A DNA stretch of 64,000 bases from contig CAVOYH010000004.1 of assembly GCA_963700635.1 (NCBI GenBank), forward strand, positions 157,760 through 221,759. Direction: 5' to 3'. The notes below the pieces were generated by a model. It did no database searches. It saw only the letters and a list, made by a program, of their open reading frames with translations, and was not told the origin of the DNA. The position numbers and the translations under genes are program-made. Of this stretch, positions 1 to 10,449 are shown one piece after another (the first letter of the stretch is position 1; each line of letters opens with the position of its first letter). The DNA is from an uncultured Bacteroidota bacterium. GTDB taxonomy: Bacteria; Bacteroidota; Ignavibacteria; UBA10030; UBA6906.

Positions 1-2639
1 CAAATGCCCTGCAGGAACTGATACAACGGCTGGATCAGGAAGAGAGTGATCGACAGCAGGAGCGCCTCCGGCAGGAGACCTTACGCGAGGCATCCCAGGT
101 GCGCCTGCAGGATCTCCGCACACAGGAACAACAACTCCGGGCCGATCAGACGTTGCGTCAATCGGAATTTGAGGATACCGAACGCCGCCTTGCGGAGAAG
201 AAGAGTGAAGTCAAATCCCTGAATGACTCCATGATCCTCCTCGTGCATCGCATCGCCGAGCGGCAGTCTGAACAGGACCTGGGTCAGGGGCGTATCGACA
301 CCATCCAGGCCAGCCTGGGCGAGGTCGAGGAGGAGAGCCGGTCCTACACCACCGAACTCCAGCGCCTTGCAGAGACGATTGCAGCCCTTACCGAGGAAGA
401 CCGCCAGCGCCGTCGGTCGTTCGCAGAAGCTGAAGTACGGTACTACGACACAGAAAAACGCAAACAAGAACTCCGCGGCCACGCCGAGTCGCTCCTGCAA
501 GAGCAGACAGGGATCCGGTCCGAGATCGAACGCGCGTCGGCCCGCATTGATTTCCTGAAAAGTTTGATGGAGAGCCGGGAAGGGTATGCCGAAGGCGTAC
601 GCTTCCTGTCCATGTCCGACCGCTGGCATCCCACGCGCAAACTCACGGTTGCAGATGCATTACACGCCGATGAGCAGTACCGGATAGCCATTGAAGCGGC
701 TCTTGGCGAGGCGGGTGGCCTGATGATCGTCGATCGCGCCGCCGATGCGGAGCTGGGTGTCATTCTGTTACAGGAGGAGCAGAAAGGAAAGGCAACCTTT
801 GTGTGCCTCGACAGGCTCCCCCGGATTACGCGTGACTACCGGTTGCCCCCGTTGCCCGGCGTGCATGGGTGGGCTCTTGATCTTGCCCGTTTTGACCCGG
901 AGTTTGCGCCACTGTTTGGCTTCCTGTTTGATCGTGTGCTGGTCGTGGATGATCATGCCACCGCCGAACAGGTGACTGCCATGGCAAGCGGGATCCGGTG
1001 CGTGACGTTGCAGGGCGAAATCAGCACCTCGGTGGGCGTGCTGCGCGGCGGGAGCCGCCGGCATGATGAAGGCGGTACAATCGGAAAACAACACCAGGTG
1101 GATGATCTCAAGAGCCAGATCGTGGTGTTATCAAGCAGGATTGAGTCAGTGGAACACGATCGGACCGCACTGTTGGCCGAACATGACGGCATCGACCTGA
1201 AAGCTCTCTCCGAAGAGGTCAAGGCGATCGAAAAAGAGATGCACGGGGTGGAGATGCGTATCGCCCAGCTGGCCTTTGAACGGAAACGCGCAGAGGAAAC
1301 GATCGAGGCAAATCATGAACACCGGAAACGTCTTACCGCCGAAATCGAAGGGCTGCGTGCAGAACGTGATTCGTTGCTCCCCGAACTTGAAGAATCCCGG
1401 AAAGAAAAACAGAGCGTCGATCAGCGTATCGAAGAGGCGACAGGGGAGCTGGTACACCTGGAAGACGAGTGGACCCGCCGGTCACGAGTTGTCCAGGACC
1501 TTGGTCTTGCCCTCGTGCGCGTAAGCAATAACTACCAGACAGCCGAGAACGACCTCCAGCGCACCGGTGCGGCAATTGCCGGTATACTGGAATCCTCAGA
1601 GAAGCACAGGACGGACACAGAACATGCGCACGTAGCGCTTGTGAACGTTTCGGGAGGCGTGGAGGAAAATCGTCACGACCTCGAGCGTCTGTTTCAAGAG
1701 CTGGCCGTCCTTGAGTCCTCACGCGCTGATGCCGAAGCCCAAACAGACCGCATGCGTAATGAGATCCACGCAACCGAACTGCGCATACGGGACCAGAGAC
1801 GTCTCCACGATGATGCGCTCCGGACACTTCACGACACGGAGCTGAAGATTGCTGATCTCCAGGCGCGCTCACACCATCTCGTGGACCGCGCCCGTGAAGA
1901 ATTCGAACTCGCTCTTGAACTCAAGACCTATCCCGAGTCGGAGTTTGTGGATTTCGCAGTCCTGCGTGAGGAAATTCAGGGGCTCAAGGACCGTCTCCGG
2001 ACCCTGGGAAACATCAATTTCGCCGCGTTTGAAGAATATACCCAGGAAAAGCAGCGGTTTGATTTTATGACGACGCAGCGCAAGGATCTGCTGGAAGCGG
2101 AGAAAACATTACTGACGACGATCGAGGAAATTAATGCCACCGCCCAGAAGAAATTTCTTGATACGTTCGCGCTGATCCGCGCCAATTTTGTTGAGACCTT
2201 TAAGAGTCTTTTTGATCCCGGGGACGAATGTGACCTGAAGCTCGAAGAAGAAGTGGATCCACTGGAGGCACGCATCGAGATTGTGGCGAAACCGCGAGGA
2301 AAGCGGCCCACATCCATAGACCTCCTCTCCGGCGGAGAAAAGACTCTGACGGCGACGGCACTTCTTTTTGCCATCTACCTCGTCAAGCCAAGCCCATTCT
2401 GCATTCTGGACGAAGTTGACGCACCGCTGGATGATGCCAACATTGACCGGTTTACACGGATCATCCACAAGTTCTCCGCAAACACACAGTTTATCGTGGT
2501 CACGCACAATAAGCGTACGATGGAATCCGCCAATGCGCTGTATGGCGTGACGATGGAGGAAGAAGGTATCTCCAAACTCGTAACAGTACGCTTTAATCAG
2601 GGCACACAGATCGCGTCCGCTTCCGTGGCAACAGCATGA
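1..2639 (+). CDS. smc: Chromosome segregation protein SMC, C-terminal part (5' end outside window)
   Basis: Reading frame is open from base 3, with no stop before the listed Met at 99. Long charged coiled-coil sequence. C-terminal ABC signature LSGGEKTLTATALLFAIY and Walker B FCILDEVDAPLDD. Confidence 0.92.
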   Translation, partial: NALQELIQRLDQEESDRQQERLRQETLREASQVRLQDLRTQEQQLRADQTLRQSEFEDTERRLAEKKSEVKSLNDSMILLVHRIAERQSEQDLGQGRIDTIQASLGEVEEESRSYTTELQRLAETIAALTEEDRQRRRSFAEAEVRYYDTEKRKQELRGHAESLLQEQTGIRSEIERASARIDFLKSLMESREGYAEGVRFLSMSDRWHPTRKLTVADALHADEQYRIAIEAALGEAGGLMIVDRAADAELGVILLQEEQKGKATFVCLDRLPRITRDYRLPPLPGVHGWALDLARFDPEFAPLFGFLFDRVLVVDDHATAEQVTAMASGIRCVTLQGEISTSVGVLRGGSRRHDEGGTIGKQHQVDDLKSQIVVLSSRIESVEHDRTALLAEHDGIDLKALSEEVKAIEKEMHGVEMRIAQLAFERKRAEETIEANHEHRKRLTAEIEGLRAERDSLLPELEESRKEKQSVDQRIEEATGELVHLEDEWTRRSRVVQDLGLALVRVSNNYQTAENDLQRTGAAIAGILESSEKHRTDTEHAHVALVNVSGGVEENRHDLERLFQELAVLESSRADAEAQTDRMRNEIHATELRIRDQRRLHDDALRTLHDTELKIADLQARSHHLVDRAREEFELALELKTYPESEFVDFAVLREEIQGLKDRLRTLGNINFAAFEEYTQEKQRFDFMTTQRKDLLEAEKTLLTTIEEINATAQKKFLDTFALIRANFVETFKSLFDPGDECDLKLEEEVDPLEARIEIVAKPRGKRPTSIDLLSGGEKTLTATALLFAIYLVKPSPFCILDEVDAPLDDANIDRFTRIIHKFSANTQFIVVTHNKRTMESANALYGVTMEEEGISKLVTVRFNQGTQIASASVATA

Positions 2640-3226
2640 ACCGGGGTCTGCATATGTTCCTGGACGTTGGTGAACTGAACGCCCATGGAGATCCGGGTCC
2701 TCAGTCTTCCGCCCTTGCGCCCGGGCTGACGGCCCTCCTGAGCTTCTGCAAGGATCACACAATCACAGCTACCGTGTTCATAAACAACGGGGATGGCTCG
2801 CTCCTTCCTGCACTCCACCACCACGGTTATCCGGAGGTGAGGGTGGTCTCGGAAGAGCACCTCTGGTTACCCGCGGCTGATGGTCTCTCCATGCAGGAGT
2901 GTCAGACATTTGCGTATGCCAACACCGAATGTGACCGGTGTCCTCGCTGCATGCGAAACGTCATGCTGGGAAACACCGGGGAGGGGGATGTGCTGATCTA
3001 TGTCGGTGATGGACACGCTGATCCATGTCCCGCAGAGTATGCCGATATCGTGATCGCACATGGCGCGCTGCAGACGTGGTGCCAGCGCCATAACATCACC
3101 CATATCGTCTACCGTTCGCTTGAGGATGTGCACCGGTGTCTTGCCACAATGCTTGAACGGCGGAAACTCCGACCGAGCGCGCGCGCGGGGAGAAAACGCA
3201 GAGAGGCATACCGGATAGAAGCATGA
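2636..3226 (+). CDS. HAD-IB / MtnX-like phosphatase-fold protein with a degenerate N-terminal motif
   Basis: ATGA overlap with the smc stop. C-terminal VLIYVGDGHADPCPAEYADIV resembles the HAD motif IV region of MtnX-like phosphatases. The N-terminus reads FLDVGE instead of DxDGT, and the cap region is short. Confidence 0.4.
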   Translation: MNRGLHMFLDVGELNAHGDPGPQSSALAPGLTALLSFCKDHTITATVFINNGDGSLLPALHHHGYPEVRVVSEEHLWLPAADGLSMQECQTFAYANTECDRCPRCMRNVMLGNTGEGDVLIYVGDGHADPCPAEYADIVIAHGALQTWCQRHNITHIVYRSLEDVHRCLATMLERRKLRPSARAGRKRREAYRIEA

Positions 3227-3825
3227 GTTCATCGTTCGACATACGGGGCTGGATGTTCCGTTACAGAAGTTACACACCCCTTCCATTCCTGATTGTCATG
3301 GTGCTTTTTGCGCGGCCCACACTGCTCAGTCTGGGGATCGGATTCTTCATCGTGGTGCTGGGCGAGTTGATCCGTTTTTGGGGTGTCTCCATTGTGGGTG
3401 CCGAGACGCGCACCACCGGAACCGTGGGTGGCACGTATTTGATCACCACAGGGCCTTTTGCATTTGTCCGGAACCCCCTGTACGTCGGCAATATGCTCAT
3501 GTATGCGGGGGTGGGGATCATGTCCATGGCCCTCTTCCCGTGGCTTCTCATTGCAGCCATCGTCTGGTTTTATGTACAGTATGCCCTTATCATTTCCCGA
3601 GAAGAAGAATATCTTTTCAGCCGGTTTGGGCCGGCGTATGAAGAATACCGCAAACATGTTCCACGTTTTATAATGCGGTTGACTCCTTACCGGACCAATG
3701 CGCCGCAGGTCAAACGACTGAATGTCCCGGAAGGGCTTGCCTCGGAACGGCGTACGCTTCAGGCGATGGGATTGGTAACGTTCCTGCTCATCGGTATTTA
3801 TCTGGTCCGGGCGGTGTTGACCTGA
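3223..3825 (+). CDS. Isoprenylcysteine carboxyl / phospholipid methyltransferase-family membrane protein
   Basis: Multi-TM 200-aa ORF with the ICMT/PEMT-type block GPFAFVRNPLYVGNMLMYAGVGI...EEEYLFSRFGPAYEEYRKHVPRF. ATGA overlap with the upstream ORF. Confidence 0.7.
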   Translation: MSSSFDIRGWMFRYRSYTPLPFLIVMVLFARPTLLSLGIGFFIVVLGELIRFWGVSIVGAETRTTGTVGGTYLITTGPFAFVRNPLYVGNMLMYAGVGIMSMALFPWLLIAAIVWFYVQYALIISREEEYLFSRFGPAYEEYRKHVPRFIMRLTPYRTNAPQVKRLNVPEGLASERRTLQAMGLVTFLLIGIYLVRAVLT

Positions 3826-3827
3826 CG

Positions 3828-4961
3828 ATGGCCCGGCGCATAATGGTCATAGCAGGGGAGGCATCCGGCGATCTCCACGGCGCCGGCGTGGTGCGCGAAC
3901 TGAAACGGCTGTCGCCCGGCATCGAGGTCTTTGGCATGGGCGGGGCCATGCTGCGCGCAGAGGGGATGGAGATCCTGGTGGACATCCGCACAATGGCGTT
4001 TATGGGTTTTGTGGAAGTTGCGCAGAATCTTCGTACGATTTTGAAGACGGAGCGCATACTAAAAAAGTCTCTGGCGGACCGAAAACCGGATGCGGTACTC
4101 CTTATCGACTATCCCGGATTTAATCTCCGGTTTGCTCGTGCAGCGAAACGCGCGGGAGCGGCCGTCCATTATTACATCAGCCCTCAGATCTGGGCCTGGC
4201 GCCGGAGCAGAGTGAACACCATCGCGCGTGTTGTCGACAAAATGCATGTGATCTTTCCGTTTGAAGAACAGATCTACGCTCAGGCGGGAGTCCCGGTGAT
4301 GTTCGTCGGACATCCGCTGGTTGAACGGTTCACTCCGCTTGACTCGGTTGCAGCGTGGAAGCAGGCACACGGGTTTGATCCGGGCAAGCCACTGCTCGGG
4401 CTCTTTCCTGGCAGCCGCACACAGGAAATCGATCGTATTCTGCCTGTGATGGTTGAAGCGGCACGCATGCTGATGAAGCGACATCCGCTGGAAGTGGCAG
4501 TCGGGCTTGCGTCAAATCTTGAGTCCGGGGTGATGCGGAAGAATCTACCACATGCTTCCGGGATACGGATTGTAGAACACGCCACGCACGAATTGATGCA
4601 GGCAGCCGATGCCGCGCTGGTTACATCAGGAACAGCTACCCTGGAGATTGGCTGGTACGGGACGCCGTTTGTTGTCGTGTACAAAACGTCACCCGTCACG
4701 TACGCCATCGGTCGAGCCCTGGTGGATGTTGAACATATAGGGCTGGTGAATATCGTCGCCGGCCGTACCATTGTACCGGAGCTCGTCCAGAGTGCGTGCA
4801 CTCCGGCGAGGATGGTCCGGGAGCTGGAACCAATCCTGTTTGATCCGGCAGTCCGGCTGCGCGTCAGCAATGCATTGTCGGAGATCCGGGCAAAGCTCGG
4901 GGGACCCGGGGCATCCCGGAAGGTGGCAGAGTCCGTTCTCACCTTCAAGGGAGCAGCATGA
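3828..4961 (+). CDS. lpxB: Lipid-A-disaccharide synthase
   Basis: 377 aa. N-terminal IMVIAGEASGDLHGAGVV and YISPQIWAWR are typical LpxB blocks. Confidence 0.9.
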   Translation: MARRIMVIAGEASGDLHGAGVVRELKRLSPGIEVFGMGGAMLRAEGMEILVDIRTMAFMGFVEVAQNLRTILKTERILKKSLADRKPDAVLLIDYPGFNLRFARAAKRAGAAVHYYISPQIWAWRRSRVNTIARVVDKMHVIFPFEEQIYAQAGVPVMFVGHPLVERFTPLDSVAAWKQAHGFDPGKPLLGLFPGSRTQEIDRILPVMVEAARMLMKRHPLEVAVGLASNLESGVMRKNLPHASGIRIVEHATHELMQAADAALVTSGTATLEIGWYGTPFVVVYKTSPVTYAIGRALVDVEHIGLVNIVAGRTIVPELVQSACTPARMVRELEPILFDPAVRLRVSNALSEIRAKLGGPGASRKVAESVLTFKGAA

Positions 4962-5833
4962 ACACGAACGGTCCTGATGTGGCAGCTCGCAAAGGATATT
5001 CCTGGATTGTGCCGTCGGGATTCTTCCTGCTCTTCTGGGCGGCCGGCTGCGGATCCCCGGGGGAAGCCGGGCGCACGACCGCCGGGCCGAAGGACATGAG
5101 CAAAGAGGATATGCACCGCAAAGCACAATTGTACCAGCACGAACAACAGTATGACAGCGCGGTGGCGCTGTACGGCCGCGCGGGGTTGGTCGATTCGGCC
5201 TATGTTCAGCCGGTGCGAGACCTTGCCCAGCTTTATTACGAACTGGCACAACGCGCCCCTGAAGAGAGCACGCTGCGGCGTGATCGCTTCCTGGCTGCCC
5301 GGGCACAGTATGCGCGGCTCGAGTCACGAGGGGTGTACGATGCGGATCTGTACGATAGGCTCTGTGAACTCTCGGTTCTGCTCCACGACGACCGGGCATT
5401 CCTGTCATGGGCAAAAAAAAATGCGCAGCGGTATCCGTATGATCGTCAACAGTATAATCTTGTCCGCGCATACTTTGATACGGATGATTTTCAGGGCGTG
5501 ATCAGAACGGCAAAAGTCTCGCTGGAGAAGTTCCCGGATTCCCCCTATATCAGCAGCTTCTACCGGATCCTCGGACAGGCCTACATGAAAGTGGATCGGG
5601 ATCAAACGGCTGAACGGATACTTACGGCAGGGGTGAGTGTAACAGACAGACGAATCGCCGGACTGGGTGCGGAGAAACCGGCGGCGTACAAGACCACGGA
5701 TCAGTATCGCCGGCTTCACGATGACAAAGTGTACATGTTGCTTCTGTTGAAGCAACTGCACACAACGTACAGGGCCCAGGAGAAACTACAACAGGTTGAG
5801 CGACAGCTGAAACAGGAGGGCTACGACCGTTAA
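4958..5833 (+). CDS. TPR-like lipoprotein, function unknown
   Basis: Signal peptide with lipobox LFWAAGC. Helical repeat-like body rich in Y/A/L/R. ATGA-coupled to lpxB and 1 nt upstream of lpxK. Confidence 0.5.
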   Translation: MNTNGPDVAARKGYSWIVPSGFFLLFWAAGCGSPGEAGRTTAGPKDMSKEDMHRKAQLYQHEQQYDSAVALYGRAGLVDSAYVQPVRDLAQLYYELAQRAPEESTLRRDRFLAARAQYARLESRGVYDADLYDRLCELSVLLHDDRAFLSWAKKNAQRYPYDRQQYNLVRAYFDTDDFQGVIRTAKVSLEKFPDSPYISSFYRILGQAYMKVDRDQTAERILTAGVSVTDRRIAGLGAEKPAAYKTTDQYRRLHDDKVYMLLLLKQLHTTYRAQEKLQQVERQLKQEGYDR

Positions 5834-5834
5834 G

Positions 5835-6872
5835 ATGCTCACGCCCCTTTCGTGGGTGTACGGTGCGGGGACGATGATCCGCAATGCCGCCTACGACCTG
5901 CAGATTCTCCGGAGTATCACTCCGAGCGTACCGGTCATTGCCGTCGGCAATCTTACAGCCGGCGGAACGGGGAAGACTCCCATTGTGGGATGGATTACCC
6001 GGTACCTGCTCACATGCGGGCTCCGCCCGGTCATCATCAGCAGAGGGTATGGGCGCAGGTCGCAGGGGGTCCGTGTGGTATCCGACGGAAACACCGTGCT
6101 GGTACAGGCGGATGAGGGGGGCGACGAGCCCGTTCAACTCGCACAGACGTTTCCCATGGTGCCGGTCGTCGTGGGTGAACGACGCACGGAGGCAGCCAGT
6201 ATGGCGCTCGAGAAGTTCCGTCCGGATGTCCTCATTCTGGACGATGCATTCCAGCACAGGGCGATTGGCAGGCATCTGAACGTCATGGTTGTTGATGCGA
6301 GCGCCGATCTGACGCGCGAACCGTTATTACCGGCCGGACGCAGGCGGGAGCGATTACAAAGCCTGCGCAGGGCATCGTTGATGGTGTTTACGCATGTCCA
6401 TGGTTCCCCGGGGACGGTGGAATGGGAACCCCGTCTCCGACATTGGTATGGCGGAGAAATCGTGTACAGCACCAGAAGGATTACGTCGTTTCGATCCTCT
6501 TCAGGACACGCTCTGGACCCTGATGCCTGCAGGGGTAAACGGTGTGTGTTGCTGAGCGGTATCGGCAAACCCCGGCAGTTCGAAGATGATGTACGTGGCC
6601 TGGGCATAACGGTTGTGAAACATCTCCGGTATCGGGATCATTTCCGATATTCCCTGCAGGAAATTGAGACCATGGTGGGGGAGGCCGGACAAGCCGGTGC
6701 TGAACTGCTGTTGACAACGGAAAAAGACATGATGAGGTTGGCTGCCGTTGAGGGGGCTCTGTCCAGACTTGAATCAGCAATGGAAGTGTTCGCTGCCGTT
6801 CTGGAAGTACACGTTTCTCCCGCGGGTCGGTTCGAGGCACATATTGATGCCTGCGTGCGGCGGGCCGCATGA
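5835..6872 (+). CDS. lpxK: Tetraacyldisaccharide 4'-kinase
   Basis: 345 aa with P-loop VGNLTAGGTGKTP near the N-terminus, and ILDDAFQH. Confidence 0.9.
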   Translation: MLTPLSWVYGAGTMIRNAAYDLQILRSITPSVPVIAVGNLTAGGTGKTPIVGWITRYLLTCGLRPVIISRGYGRRSQGVRVVSDGNTVLVQADEGGDEPVQLAQTFPMVPVVVGERRTEAASMALEKFRPDVLILDDAFQHRAIGRHLNVMVVDASADLTREPLLPAGRRRERLQSLRRASLMVFTHVHGSPGTVEWEPRLRHWYGGEIVYSTRRITSFRSSSGHALDPDACRGKRCVLLSGIGKPRQFEDDVRGLGITVVKHLRYRDHFRYSLQEIETMVGEAGQAGAELLLTTEKDMMRLAAVEGALSRLESAMEVFAAVLEVHVSPAGRFEAHIDACVRRAA

Positions 6873-7561
6873 AACCTGTTATTGGATTGACCGATCCCAT
6901 GAGTTCGCCCGTGAAATCGGAACACTACAGAACATGGTTGTCCCGGTGGATCCCCGAAGCAGAGATACGTATGCTGTCGCACACCAACAGAAGCCGCGAT
7001 CCGATCGCGGGATGTCATGCATTGGTACTCTCCGGCGGCGTTGACGTCAACCCGGCACTGTATGGCCGGCCGGAGGCGGTAGACATTACGGAGAAGCCGA
7101 ATCCCGAGCGGGATGATTTTGAATCGGCCCTTATCACAAGAGCGATAGAACGGAGACTTCCTGTTTTTGGCATTTGCCGCGGGATGCAGCTGGCGAATGT
7201 GGTTCTGGGCGGGACACTGTTTCCTGATCTCGAGAAGGCGGGGCACTCCGATCACCGTTCGACCCGGGACGGTGACCGGCACCACGGGTTGATCGTCGAG
7301 CCCGGCACCCTCTTGTCTTCCATCGTTGGAACGGAGGGCGGAGAGGTGAACTCCGCGCACCACCAGGCGGTAGATCAACCGGGCAACGGTCTGCGTATTG
7401 CGGCGCGATCAGCGGATGGACTGATTGAAGCGTTGGAGTGGGCCGAGCCGGACGATCACCCGTATTGTATGCTGGTTCAGTGGCATCCGGAACGTATGCG
7501 CAACGCAGAACATCCGTTAGCGCGAAAACTCATTTTGTATTTGGCAGAAGCACTCAAATGA
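6869..7561 (+). CDS. Class-I glutamine amidotransferase / peptidase C26 (gamma-glutamyl-GABA hydrolase family)
   Basis: Nucleophile elbow GICRGMQLANVVLGG plus the downstream HHQAV and VQWHPE blocks. ATGA overlap with lpxK. Confidence 0.8.
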   Translation: MKPVIGLTDPMSSPVKSEHYRTWLSRWIPEAEIRMLSHTNRSRDPIAGCHALVLSGGVDVNPALYGRPEAVDITEKPNPERDDFESALITRAIERRLPVFGICRGMQLANVVLGGTLFPDLEKAGHSDHRSTRDGDRHHGLIVEPGTLLSSIVGTEGGEVNSAHHQAVDQPGNGLRIAARSADGLIEALEWAEPDDHPYCMLVQWHPERMRNAEHPLARKLILYLAEALK

Positions 7562-7584
7562 CACATCACAAATAAGGATCACCC

Positions 7585-10371
7585 ATGAAGAAGTACGTGT
7601 ATTTCTTTGGCAAAGGTAAAGCGGAAGGTCGTGCGGAAATGAAAGGCCTGCTCGGTGGCAAAGGAGCCAACCTGGCAGAAATGGTGAATATCGGCCTCCC
7701 TGTTCCGGCGGGCTTTACAATCTCGACAGACGTGTGCACCTACTATTACGATAATAAGAAGACCTATCCAAAGTCGCTAACCGGCGACGTGAAGGCGGCC
7801 CTCAAGAAAGTGGAAAAGACGATGGGATCGAAGTTTGGTGATCCCAGAAACCCGCTTCTTGTCTCCGTCCGGTCCGGCGCACGTGCATCCATGCCCGGCA
7901 TGATGGATACCATTCTCAATCTTGGACTCAATGACAAGGTTGCGGAAGGTCTGGTCGCCCGCACCAATAATCCGAGGTTTGTCTACGATTCATACCGCCG
8001 TTTTGTGCAGATGTACGGCGACGTCGTGCTTGGCCTGAAGCCAGTCCATAAAGATGAAATTGATCCTTTCGAAGTTATCATCGAGGCGAAAAAGAAACAG
8101 AAGCGTGTCCATCTGGATACCGATCTCACCGCAGATGATATGAAGGAACTTGTGGCGTTGTTCAAGGCGGCGATCAAAGAGAAGACCGGCCACGACTTCC
8201 CGCAGGATCCCATGAAACAGTTGTGGGGAGCGATTGGAGCGGTATTTGGTTCGTGGAACAACGATCGGGCCATTGCATACCGGAAGATGTACGACATCCC
8301 GTATTCATGGGGAACCGCGGTCAACATCCAGTCGATGGTGTTCGGGAATATGGGTGAAGACTCCGGAACCGGGGTGGCGTTTACCCGTGATGCGGCGACG
8401 GGAGAAAACGTGTTCTACGGGGAGTTCCTCATGAACGCCCAGGGAGAAGACGTCGTGGCGGGTACACGTACCCCTCTTCCCATCTCCAAGCTGGCCGAAG
8501 ACAATCCGCGGATTTACAAGCAGCTGGACGCCATCCGGAAGAAGCTTGAAAAACACTATCGTGACATGATGGATGTCGAGTTTACGATCCAGCAGGATAC
8601 CTTGTACATGCTGCAGTGCCGTGTGGGCAAGCGGACCGCGTTCGCGGCGATCAAGATCGCGGTGGATATGGTTGCCGAACACCTGATCACGGACAAAGAA
8701 GCGATCATGCGGATCGAGCCGGATCAGCTGAATCAGCTCCTCCGGCCGGTATTCGACCTGAAAGAGAAAGATACCGCAGTAAAGGGTGGACGGTTGCTCG
8801 CCAAGGGTCTGAACGCCGGCCCCGGCGCCGCCACGGGAAGGGTCGTATTTAATGCGCCTGACGCCGAGGAGTGGAAGGCGCGGGGTGAGGATGTGATTCT
8901 CACGCGCATCGAGACTTCGCCGGAAGATATCAAGGGAATGAACGCGGCGGAAGGTATTCTGACCGCCCGCGGTGGTATGACTTCGCATGCGGCGCTGGTC
9001 GCCCGCCAGATGGGAAAGGTGTGCGTGGCCGGTTGTTCGGAGCTGGAGATGGACTACAACACCCACACCATGGTGGTGAAAGGGCGGACCATCCGCGAAG
9101 GCGATTGGATATCGATTGACGGCACCACCGGTGAAGTGATCGAGGGTAAGCTCCCAACAAAACCGTCCGAGGTATTGCAGGTTCTGATTGATAAAACCTG
9201 TGACCCGAACGATGCGCCGATCTTCCAGCAGTACAAGAAGATCATGACCTGGGCGGACAAATATCGCCGGTTGAATATCCGGACGAATGCTGACCAGCCT
9301 GACCAGGCCCGGAACGCGATCGCGTTCGGCGCGGAAGGGATCGGGTTGTGCCGCACGGAGCACATGTTCTTTGGCGAAGGCAAAATCGGACCGATGCGCG
9401 AGATGATTCTGGCGGACAGGCTGGAATTGCGGAAAGCGGCATTGGAGAAGCTCCTGCCGCTGCAGCGTGAGGATTTTGAGGGGATCTTTGAGGCGATGAA
9501 TGGCTGGCCGGTGACGATCCGCACGATTGATCCGCCGTTGCATGAATTTGTGCCGCATGAGGAAAAGGCACAGCGGGAACTTGCGGCCCAGATCGGCCTT
9601 ACCTACGAAAAAGTCCATGCGCGCGTTGAAAGCCTCCACGAGTTTAACCCTATGCTCGGGTTCCGGGGATGCCGCCTGGGCATCGTCTTCCCGGAAATAA
9701 CCGAGATGCAATCACGGGCGATCTTTGAAGCCGCGGCAAATGTCAAGCAGCGCGGCATAAAAGTTGAACCGGAGATCATGATTCCGCTTGTGGGGAACGT
9801 GAAAGAACTCGCCCACCAGGAGAAGATCGTTCGGCGCGTTGCCGGTGAAGTGATGAAAGAGAAGGGTGTGCGATTCCCGTATCTGGTCGGAACCATGATA
9901 GAAATCCCGCGCGGTGCGTTAACGGCCGACGAGATTGCCACGGTTGCCGAGTTTTTCAGCTTCGGGACAAATGATCTGACCCAAACTACGCTCGGCGTGA
10001 GCAGGGACGATGCCGCGAGGTTCCTGATCCCGTATGTCGAAATGGAAATCTACCCGAGAGATCCATTCGAAGTGCTGGATCGTGTGGGGGTGGGATCGCT
10101 GATGAAGATCGCCATTGAGAAGGGGCGCGGTGTCCGTCCGGGATTGAAGGTCGGTATCTGCGGCGAGCATGGCGGTGATCCATCAAGCGTGGAGTTCTGC
10201 CATCAGATCAATCAGAACTATGTCAGCTGTTCGCCGTTCCGTGTGCCGATTGCACGCCTCGCGGCCGCACGTGCCGCCCTTGCCGATACACCGGCGAAGA
10301 GTGGCGCAAAAGCGAAAAAGGCGAAGAAGACGAAGAAGGTGAAGAAGGCCAGCGTAAGACGGAAGAAATAA
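7585..10371 (+). CDS. ppdK: Pyruvate, phosphate dikinase with a lysine-rich C-terminal extension
   Basis: 928 aa. N-terminal [10 protein letters not shown], phospho-His region [16 protein letters not shown]-terminal PEP/pyruvate domain [10 protein letters not shown]...[14 protein letters not shown]. An extra tail [25 protein letters not shown] follows. Confidence 0.95.
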   Translation: MKKYVYFFGKGKAEGRAEMKGLLGGKGANLAEMVNIGLPVPAGFTISTDVCTYYYDNKKTYPKSLTGDVKAALKKVEKTMGSKFGDPRNPLLVSVRSGARASMPGMMDTILNLGLNDKVAEGLVARTNNPRFVYDSYRRFVQMYGDVVLGLKPVHKDEIDPFEVIIEAKKKQKRVHLDTDLTADDMKELVALFKAAIKEKTGHDFPQDPMKQLWGAIGAVFGSWNNDRAIAYRKMYDIPYSWGTAVNIQSMVFGNMGEDSGTGVAFTRDAATGENVFYGEFLMNAQGEDVVAGTRTPLPISKLAEDNPRIYKQLDAIRKKLEKHYRDMMDVEFTIQQDTLYMLQCRVGKRTAFAAIKIAVDMVAEHLITDKEAIMRIEPDQLNQLLRPVFDLKEKDTAVKGGRLLAKGLNAGPGAATGRVVFNAPDAEEWKARGEDVILTRIETSPEDIKGMNAAEGILTARGGMTSHAALVARQMGKVCVAGCSELEMDYNTHTMVVKGRTIREGDWISIDGTTGEVIEGKLPTKPSEVLQVLIDKTCDPNDAPIFQQYKKIMTWADKYRRLNIRTNADQPDQARNAIAFGAEGIGLCRTEHMFFGEGKIGPMREMILADRLELRKAALEKLLPLQREDFEGIFEAMNGWPVTIRTIDPPLHEFVPHEEKAQRELAAQIGLTYEKVHARVESLHEFNPMLGFRGCRLGIVFPEITEMQSRAIFEAAANVKQRGIKVEPEIMIPLVGNVKELAHQEKIVRRVAGEVMKEKGVRFPYLVGTMIEIPRGALTADEIATVAEFFSFGTNDLTQTTLGVSRDDAARFLIPYVEMEIYPRDPFEVLDRVGVGSLMKIAIEKGRGVRPGLKVGICGEHGGDPSSVEFCHQINQNYVSCSPFRVPIARLAAARAALADTPAKSGAKAKKAKKTKKVKKASVRRKK

Positions 10372-10386
10372 TCCTCCGTATTCCCG

Positions 10387-10417
10387 CCCGCGCGTTCCGT
10401 AACGCGGAACGTGCGGG
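10387..10417 (+). terminator. 13-bp GC-rich hairpin downstream of ppdK (no U-tract)
   Basis: cccgcgcgttccg / taacg loop / cggaacgtgcggg, 16 nt after the ppdK stop. One G:U pair. No T-run follows, so intrinsic-terminator status is uncertain. Confidence 0.35.
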
Positions 10418-10449
10418 TGATGTGTATCATCTTTAGGAGTGTATGACGT

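Noticed and set aside
8305-9711. 468-aa ORF antisense to ppdK. Similar long antisense ORFs occur at 54052..55440 (opposite hutH), 40182..41264 (opposite cstA), 18279..19331 (opposite the NSS transporter), 4280..5251 (opposite lpxB), 31522..32448, 36290..37159 and 42699..43457.
   Set aside because: Each lies opposite a gene with unmistakable family motifs. Their translations are Arg/His/Pro/Gly-rich and low in complexity, with no recognisable domains. Long stop-free antisense frames are expected in GC-rich DNA.
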